Positions 58,223 through 64,000 of a stretch of 64,000 nt of DNA are shown piece by piece. The stretch is from an uncultured Spirochaetota bacterium (lineage in GTDB: Bacteria; Spirochaetota; Spirochaetia; SZUA-6; Fen-1364). Position 1 is the stretch's first letter; each line of letters begins with the position of its first letter. The position numbers were made by a program, and so were the translations under genes. The stretch covers positions 64,001 through 128,000 of the forward strand of contig CAVUXE010000015.1 of assembly GCA_963745235.1 (NCBI GenBank). Reading direction: 5' to 3'. The notes beneath the pieces are model-generated. The model saw only the letters and a program-made list of their open reading frames with translations. It was not told the DNA's origin and ran no database searches.

Positions 58223-59452
58223 TTAGAAGAACACCTTCACATCCAGCGTGGCCGCCACGGAGGTGAGCGCATTGCCGAACTCCGTGCCGGTGCCTCCATT
58301 CGCCCACGTCACGGTGAGGTCCACCTCAGACTCCTTCACGAACGTGGTGGTGATGCCGCCGGTCAGGAAGAACGAAGTGTCTGCAAGGTTCACGAGGCAG
58401 GATGCCAGAAGCCCGATCTTGTCGAAGACGAGGTTCCCCTCATCCGTCAGCGTCGGCTGCGTCACTGAGACGAACAGGTAGTCCGATCCCAGGCTCGCCG
58501 GCCTTCGGGCCAGCTCCGGGTACCACTGCGGGAGCAGTCCCGCGCGCACGCCGTCGTAGACACCGGAAGTCTGACCCGCGTCAAGCCCCTCGGAGAGGTG
58601 GTAGTACTCCGTGAGGAGGACCGTGCGGACCCACGGCATCGTCGCGGTACCTCCAACCAGGAAGCTGTAGTTCAGCCCGGTCGGCGGGGACGGCGACACG
58701 GAGAGGTACCTTGCCTTGTCATAGATGCACCCCTCGAACCAGAGCTGGAGAGTATCCCAGCCGGGAATCTCATACAGGGGAGCAACCGAGGCGTTGAGAG
58801 CGGCCGTCCAGGACTCGCTCTGGCTCCAGTATCCCGACAGCGCCAGGTCCGTACTCGGGATGAGCGGCGTGGAGATGCGCGTCCCGACACCCGTCTGGCC
58901 CAGCGCGTCATACAGGACGCCAAAGGTCATGAGCGACACGGGCTTTGTTATCAGCTCGACCTTCAACGCCGTGACTCCCTCCCGCACTGCCCGAAGCGCA
59001 GTAGGATCCTTCGGGGGGTTGACCGGATCAGACGGGTTGTAGACGAAACCGGCTCCCCACTTGAGCCTCTGCTTTCCCAGGCGCAGGAAGACCAGGTCTC
59101 CGTAGTTCAGGTCGGCATACAGCTCGTTCACCAGGAGTGACAGCGTCTCTATCTTGGAGCCGTTGTGATAGTCGAGGACGTTGTCTTCCGTGAACGTGAA
59201 ATCGAAAAGGCCCAGCGTCGTGTAATTCCTCGAGAACGCGAGCTTCCCGTCGATCAGGCCCCCGGCGGTCACCTCGGAAAATGGCGTGACCCCCTGAAAG
59301 ACCGATACGCTGTTCTGCGCTCCCGTTATGGCCTGGGCATCCACGTCACCGGAGAGCTTGAACGCGGCCTGGTCCTGGCCCCATGCCTCGGGAAGGGCAA
59401 GCGCGGCCAGACACGTGATTGCGGTCCAGATGACGATGAGCCTCTGCATCAT
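58223..59452 (-). CDS. Putative outer-membrane beta-barrel
   Basis: Signal peptide, LRLGKQRLKWG.G..YNPSD, C-terminal DVKVFF. Confidence 0.75.
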   Translation of the reverse strand: MMQRLIVIWTAITCLAALALPEAWGQDQAAFKLSGDVDAQAITGAQNSVSVFQGVTPFSEVTAGGLIDGKLAFSRNYTTLGLFDFTFTEDNVLDYHNGSKIETLSLLVNELYADLNYGDLVFLRLGKQRLKWGAGFVYNPSDPVNPPKDPTALRAVREGVTALKVELITKPVSLMTFGVLYDALGQTGVGTRISTPLIPSTDLALSGYWSQSESWTAALNASVAPLYEIPGWDTLQLWFEGCIYDKARYLSVSPSPPTGLNYSFLVGGTATMPWVRTVLLTEYYHLSEGLDAGQTSGVYDGVRAGLLPQWYPELARRPASLGSDYLFVSVTQPTLTDEGNLVFDKIGLLASCLVNLADTSFFLTGGITTTFVKESEVDLTVTWANGGTGTEFGNALTSVAATLDVKVFF

Positions 59453-60228
59453 CAGAACTCGTAGGGATACAGGCGGCCGGATTCCAGGTATTCCCTGGTG
59501 AAGAACTGCTCCGGCACTCTTGCAAGCGGTGTGATGTCGAATATCCGAAGCCGGCTCGTATCCTGCGGTTTCAGGGCGTCGACGTACTGCATTTCCATGG
59601 CGACAACGCGATTGTCTTTCACGTCTGCCTGCGTGACCGTGTAGTACTTCAGCACCTTCTCGGACACCGCGAAGAATGCCTTCTTCACGGGAATGCGTGA
59701 GGACTTCTCCACCCAGAGATTCACGAGGCTGTACGCGAGCTTCCGGTTCTTTGCGCGCAGCTCGAAGCGGTAGCAGGCCTTGCCCTGCACGTCCTCCTCT
59801 CCCATGTATTTCACCGTGTAATCCAGGTTCGTATTGAACCGCGTGAGGTCGAGGTTGGACGTCTCCCCGCCCCGGGAGTTTGCCGTGGCGGAGGTCTTCA
59901 CCACCTTGTTGGTCGCGGCAAACCTCTGCCAGAAGACGTCCTGGTCCCGCAGGAGGGCGAAGTTTTTCTGCGACGCGGGTGCCGTGGCCACCCAGACCAC
60001 GCGGTTGTCCTTGCGGATGAAGAAGCCGTCGGAGGCCCGATCATCCCCGCTTGAAAACGTGTCCACCACCGCCATGCGCCCCTTGCAGTTGAGCGGGAGC
60101 ATCACGGAATCCACCGAGTCGATGTACGCGTTGACGTCACCCTCGGGGAAGCTCTGGGCGTGCGCCGCAAGCGGCAGGAGAGACGCGCCGGCGGATATGG
60201 CAACTGCAAGAAACAGAATCCTTTTCAT
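59452..60228 (-). CDS. Outer-membrane lipoprotein-sorting (LolA-like) protein
   Basis: Signal peptide, SNLDL, CYRFELRAK, AY..V.LWV, FFTREYL. Confidence 0.75.
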   Translation of the reverse strand: MKRILFLAVAISAGASLLPLAAHAQSFPEGDVNAYIDSVDSVMLPLNCKGRMAVVDTFSSGDDRASDGFFIRKDNRVVWVATAPASQKNFALLRDQDVFWQRFAATNKVVKTSATANSRGGETSNLDLTRFNTNLDYTVKYMGEEDVQGKACYRFELRAKNRKLAYSLVNLWVEKSSRIPVKKAFFAVSEKVLKYYTVTQADVKDNRVVAMEMQYVDALKPQDTSRLRIFDITPLARVPEQFFTREYLESGRLYPYEF

Positions 60229-60253
60229 TGTTCCTCCGATTCCTGTCGATTTC

Positions 60254-61471
60254 TCATCTATTGGCCATCTGGGCGACGGCCTGTTTCTCCGTCTCCCGTG
60301 ACACGGTCCGGAACGTGGTTGCGAAAAGCACGAGGAAAAGCAGCAGGAACGGCACCACCATGCTCGCGGCGTTCATCGTGATGGCCATCCGCGTCATGCC
60401 GAACATGTACTGCAGCATCAGGAGCGGCGGGCGCACGATGGTCGCCCTGAACCAGAGGTCCATGAGGCCCACCGCGCCAATGCCCAGGAGGTACCCCACC
60501 AGGAGCGCCGCCAGCGACTCGCCGAAGAAGAGGTTGCGCACGATGCCCCGGGGGAAGCCCAGCGCGCGCAGCGTCCCGATCTCGTCGCGCCGATCGAAGA
60601 TGTTGGTCAGAATGACGGAGCGGATGCCGATGAGCAGCGCCAGGAAAATGATCATGGCCATGACGCCGAACATCAGGACGTTGGTGGTGCCGAGGGACAA
60701 CAGGAAGCGAACGAAATCATCATCCCGGTATCCCTTGACCGGGAAGTCTTTCACGCGCGCCTTGAGGTCCTTCACCATGGCCGGGATCCCGCGCTCGTCC
60801 TTCACGTAGACCTTGTAGAAGGGGAACGCATCGCCCAGCTCCGTCATCGTGATGTAGTCCTTCACCCGAAGCGCTATCTCCTCGTCGTACCACGGGGCGG
60901 AGGCACGGGAGATTCCGGTGACAATGAAGTCCATGGCGTTGCGGGCTCCGAAGGCGGAGGGAATGAACACAGTGATGCTGCTGCCCACCTTCAGGTGGTA
61001 CTTGTCCGCCAGGACCGTGGTGATCATGAGGCCGTACTCGTCCTCCGCGCCCGGGAACCTGCCAGCCACGAGCTCCGTGTGCTCCACGAACTGCTGGTCC
61101 TTCTGGAAGTCGGTTGCGGCAAACTGCAGGTACTGCCGGGTGGTGCCTGCCTGGATCTCGCAGATCCCCATGAACCACGGAACCAGCACCGCCGTGTTGG
61201 GGCTGTGCTCGAGGTAGTCCCTGACGGCACGGGCCTGCGCCTGGTAGCTCGGGAGCGACTCTTCCTTGAACTCGAAATCATCCGCCCGGGAAACCCACAA
61301 GTGCCCCGTCCACTTGGCAATGGTGTCGGTTCGAACGTGCTCGGTGGTCTTCGCCCCCAGCGCAAAGGTGAAGACAAGGACGACGGCGCTGAGAAACCCC
61401 GCCACGACCACGAACAGGGCTCGCAGCGGTCTGCGCGCAATGTTGTTCATCATGTATCGCACAAGCTCCAT
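60254..61471 (-). CDS. FtsX/LolE-like ABC permease
   Basis: N-terminal TM, periplasmic domain, DRRDEIGTLRALG. Confidence 0.88.
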   Translation of the reverse strand: MELVRYMMNNIARRPLRALFVVVAGFLSAVVLVFTFALGAKTTEHVRTDTIAKWTGHLWVSRADDFEFKEESLPSYQAQARAVRDYLEHSPNTAVLVPWFMGICEIQAGTTRQYLQFAATDFQKDQQFVEHTELVAGRFPGAEDEYGLMITTVLADKYHLKVGSSITVFIPSAFGARNAMDFIVTGISRASAPWYDEEIALRVKDYITMTELGDAFPFYKVYVKDERGIPAMVKDLKARVKDFPVKGYRDDDFVRFLLSLGTTNVLMFGVMAMIIFLALLIGIRSVILTNIFDRRDEIGTLRALGFPRGIVRNLFFGESLAALLVGYLLGIGAVGLMDLWFRATIVRPPLLMLQYMFGMTRMAITMNAASMVVPFLLLFLVLFATTFRTVSRETEKQAVAQMANR

Positions 61472-61476
61472 GGCAG

Positions 61477-62742
61477 CTACCTCTTTTCAAGGGTCTTGAG
61501 GATGGACAGGCGCGCGCCCTGCAGGGCGGGGAGCAGGGGGGCCAGGACGGCAACGGCCAGGAAGATCAGGCCCACCGCAGCCACCTTGTCCTCATGAAAG
61601 CCCGGGGTGAAGCCGTTGCCGATGACCCAGGCGAAGAATGTCAGGGAATTGCGAATGCCGGTGACATGGAAGAACCCGATCACCGCCGAGCCCAGGAGGA
61701 ACCCGGCAAGGGTGCCGGCCGCAATGATGAGGAAACCCTCGAGGGCGAACTGGAACGCAATGTCCGCGCGGCTGAAGCCGAGGGCCCGCATCGTGCCGAT
61801 CTCGCTGTACCTCTCGATGATGGAGAAGGTCGTCAACTTGATCACGAGGAGCACGCAGATGGCAATCAGGATTGCCTCCACCGCCCGCATCATCACATCG
61901 AACCCCAGGACGATCTCAGCGAAGATGGGGGCATACTCCCGCCAGGAAACGACCTTCAGCCGGGGATGAGACTGCTGGAGCCAGGCGTCTATGCGCGGGA
62001 GCACCTTGTTTGCCGTCCGGGCGTCGCGGAGGAACCCGACGACCTCCGACGCCAGCGGCTTCGAGTACCCGACGAGGGACCGGAAGCCGTCGAGATCGAA
62101 GAACATGCTGCCCATCCCCATGACGTCCCGGGGCATTGTCCGATAGTCGATGCCCCCCTTGACCGTGACGAAGCGGTCGACGAACTCCCCTTCGCGGTTG
62201 GGAAGGAGGAACACGTAGCGCTGGCCGACATCGACAATCTTGTTCTTCCCGTATTCGGACCAGGAGGCCGCGCAGGAGGCCGCTTCTCCGCGCTGGACCT
62301 CGGATCCCTTCGCGTAGTACAGGTCGCGGAGCTCCTGGTTGTAGGCGCCCATGTCCATGGCGATCCCCTGGAAGCCCTTTTCGGCGTCATCCGCTCCGTA
62401 GAGAAGCCCGCTGAAGACAATCCGTTCCTGCGAGCCGCTCACTTCGGGCAGGCTGACGAGGTACTGTTTGACGGAAGCAATCTCTTCGGGCTCCAGCATC
62501 TCCTCCGGCTCGTAATGATAGAAGCCGAAAGAGTTCTTCGTCTCGATGTTCCTGTTGAGGATGCGGAAATGCCCGGCAAAAGATCGGCCGAACATGTCGG
62601 ACTGTTTGAGAGAGACGTCCTCCAGGAGGTTCTCCGAGACGAAGGTCAGGAACGCCCCGAACAACGCGATCAGGAGGATGATGCGCGTCCTCCACCCGTG
62701 ACGCGCAAGGTTCCTGAGGCAAAGCTGGATTCGCTCTTTCAT
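61477..62742 (-). CDS. FtsX/LolC-like ABC permease
   Basis: RNLARH..RT, ERYSEIGTMRALG. Confidence 0.88.
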   Translation of the reverse strand: MKERIQLCLRNLARHGWRTRIILLIALFGAFLTFVSENLLEDVSLKQSDMFGRSFAGHFRILNRNIETKNSFGFYHYEPEEMLEPEEIASVKQYLVSLPEVSGSQERIVFSGLLYGADDAEKGFQGIAMDMGAYNQELRDLYYAKGSEVQRGEAASCAASWSEYGKNKIVDVGQRYVFLLPNREGEFVDRFVTVKGGIDYRTMPRDVMGMGSMFFDLDGFRSLVGYSKPLASEVVGFLRDARTANKVLPRIDAWLQQSHPRLKVVSWREYAPIFAEIVLGFDVMMRAVEAILIAICVLLVIKLTTFSIIERYSEIGTMRALGFSRADIAFQFALEGFLIIAAGTLAGFLLGSAVIGFFHVTGIRNSLTFFAWVIGNGFTPGFHEDKVAAVGLIFLAVAVLAPLLPALQGARLSILKTLEKR

Positions 62743-63416
62743 GCCGCTTCGACCTCGCCGTCGTGAAGGCGGATGATGCGCGCCGCCCGCTTCATGATGC
62801 CCGGATCATGGGAGGAGAAGATGAAAGTGGTTCCCCTCTCCGCGTTGATCCGTTCCATCAGGTCGAGGACCTCGGTTCCGGTGGCGGAGTCCAGATTGGC
62901 GGTCGGCTCATCTGCAAGCACGATGAGCGGGTGCGTGACCAGGGCACGCGCAATGGCCACCCTCTGGCGCTGGCCGCCGGAAAGCTCGAAGGGCTTGTGC
63001 CTGATGTGCTCCTCCAGGCCGACCGCCCTCACCAACTCCATCACCCGGCCCTCCTTTTCCTCGCGGGAAAGCTCCCGGTGCAGGATCAGGGGAAGGTGGA
63101 TGTTCTCGAACACATCCAGAACGGGCAGCAGGTTGAAGGACTGGAAGATGAATCCCAGCGTCCTGCTCCTGTAGCGCGTGCGGGACTGTTCGGAGAGGGT
63201 CTGGATGTCTTGTCCGGCTATCCGGACACTCCCTCCGGACGGCGTGTCAATGAGGCCGATCATGTTGAGAAGAGTCGTCTTGCCGCTGCCTGATGGCCCC
63301 GCGACGCAGGCAAAGGACCCGCTCTTTATGTCCAGGTCTACACCCTTGAGCGCCCGAACCACTGTTTTTCCGAGGTGGTAGTCCTTGGACAAGCCCTTGA
63401 TCGTGATGCCGTTCAT
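62739..63416 (-). CDS. ABC ATPase (LolD/MacB-type)
   Basis: GPSGSGKT, FQSFNL, LSGGQRQR, ADEPTANLD. Confidence 0.94.
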   Translation of the reverse strand: MNGITIKGLSKDYHLGKTVVRALKGVDLDIKSGSFACVAGPSGSGKTTLLNMIGLIDTPSGGSVRIAGQDIQTLSEQSRTRYRSRTLGFIFQSFNLLPVLDVFENIHLPLILHRELSREEKEGRVMELVRAVGLEEHIRHKPFELSGGQRQRVAIARALVTHPLIVLADEPTANLDSATGTEVLDLMERINAERGTTFIFSSHDPGIMKRAARIIRLHDGEVEAA

Positions 63417-63492
63417 CTCAGTACCCTTTTCTCTTCCAGTGATTATGTCGGAACTATTTCACATAAATAAATAAATTGTCAAGTAAAAATTG

Positions 63493-63519
63493 ATATAATT
63501 AATCAAGTATTAATTATAT
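63493..63519. promoter_or_regulatory. AT-only palindrome upstream of the ABC operon
   Basis: ATATAATTAAT-CAAGT-ATTAATTATAT; minus-strand TTGACA at 63482-63477. Confidence 0.6.
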
Positions 63520-63680
63520 TCCATTCTTTGACCTTCAATCTACTCGCACATTATCTAACGCTGGAGGACGGGGAAATTGTCACCAGGAAGGGTTGCTGCG
63601 CTTCGGACAGTTATGCTCTGGGCCGCTGCATTTCGGCGGGCTACGCGCTGGGAGGCCAGGCGCCGGGTAGGGCTGCGCTT

Positions 63681-64000
63681 CTAGGGGCTGCGCCTCTGGC
63701 AGGCTACACGCCAGGCTCGGCCGGCGGGAGGCTGGCCGGCGGGAGGCTGGCCGGCGGGAGGCTGGCCGGTGGCTGGCCCCAGGTCTCGAATCTGCTGTAT
63801 GAGGGCTGCGATTTCCCGCATTGTCGTGGAAGGGTTCATGAAGGAGATGCGCAGGTACCGCCGGCCGTTCCACTCAGCCGTGGAGAGGTAGAAGCTCCCG
63901 CGGGAGATCAGCGCATTGCGGATCAGAAGCTGCTCGGCGTCGCTGCCCGCGGTCCGGAAACAAAGGATATTCGCCTGAGGCTCCACGGCGCACTCGAAGC
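63681..64000 (-). CDS. C-terminus of a PLP-dependent decarboxylase (partial)
   Basis: PQANILCFR...GSFYLS...GRRYLRISFMNP. Confidence 0.75.
   Translation of the reverse strand, partial: FECAVEPQANILCFRTAGSDAEQLLIRNALISRGSFYLSTAEWNGRRYLRISFMNPSTTMREIAALIQQIRDLGPATGQPPAGQPPAGQPPAGRAWRVACQRRSP
63719..63763. repeat. 15-bp tandem repeat x3 (encodes PAGQP in the decarboxylase tail)
   Basis: GGCCGGCGGGAGGCT x3. Confidence 0.85.

Noticed and set aside
56996-63763. Short tandem repeats as CRISPR
   Set aside because: Contiguous 15-18 bp units without spacers; no cas genes
55-63873. Numerous long antisense and alternative-frame ORFs (e.g. 1000-2301, 30952-32958, 61594-62766)
   Set aside because: Shadow ORFs expected at high GC, lying opposite well-supported genes, with no motifs

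Overview
A GC-rich, gene-dense bacterial chromosomal segment, probably from a free-living spirochaete. That assignment is an inference from the 'FSASAGGQKE' solute-binding-protein signal, the outer-membrane beta-barrels and a LolA-like/FtsX-like cluster. I saw no rRNA, tRNA, CRISPR array, prophage or IS element. Content is housekeeping genes (radA, hflX, NUDIX), c-di-GMP enzymes and much carbohydrate metabolism (araA/polyol cluster, uxaE, uxaC-uxuA-SDR with a GntR and ABC importer, GDP-mannose genes, orphan dhaK). Several genes are broken by single-base indels, mostly at homopolymers, which look like long-read consensus errors. Best candidate for an undescribed system: a ~16 kb catabolic locus (24.6-40.6 kb). 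It encodes XdhC, a sugar-type ABC importer, a three-subunit Mo-hydroxylase, a FadR regulator, a split phenylphosphate-synthase-like dikinase, an HprK-like P-loop protein, an MBL hydrolase and a YxxxR SDR. Three of its promoters share a TCWGAT-N-ATCWGA palindrome. Other highlights: a KamA/ATP-grasp/GNAT biosynthetic operon, a strongly promoted orphan structured RNA at ~12.9 kb, about nine apparently leaderless genes, a phosphomannomutase-mannose-6-P isomerase fusion, and a lipoprotein-export-like cluster next to a 7-repeat beta-propeller lipoprotein. All calls come from motif recognition by eye; no searches were run.
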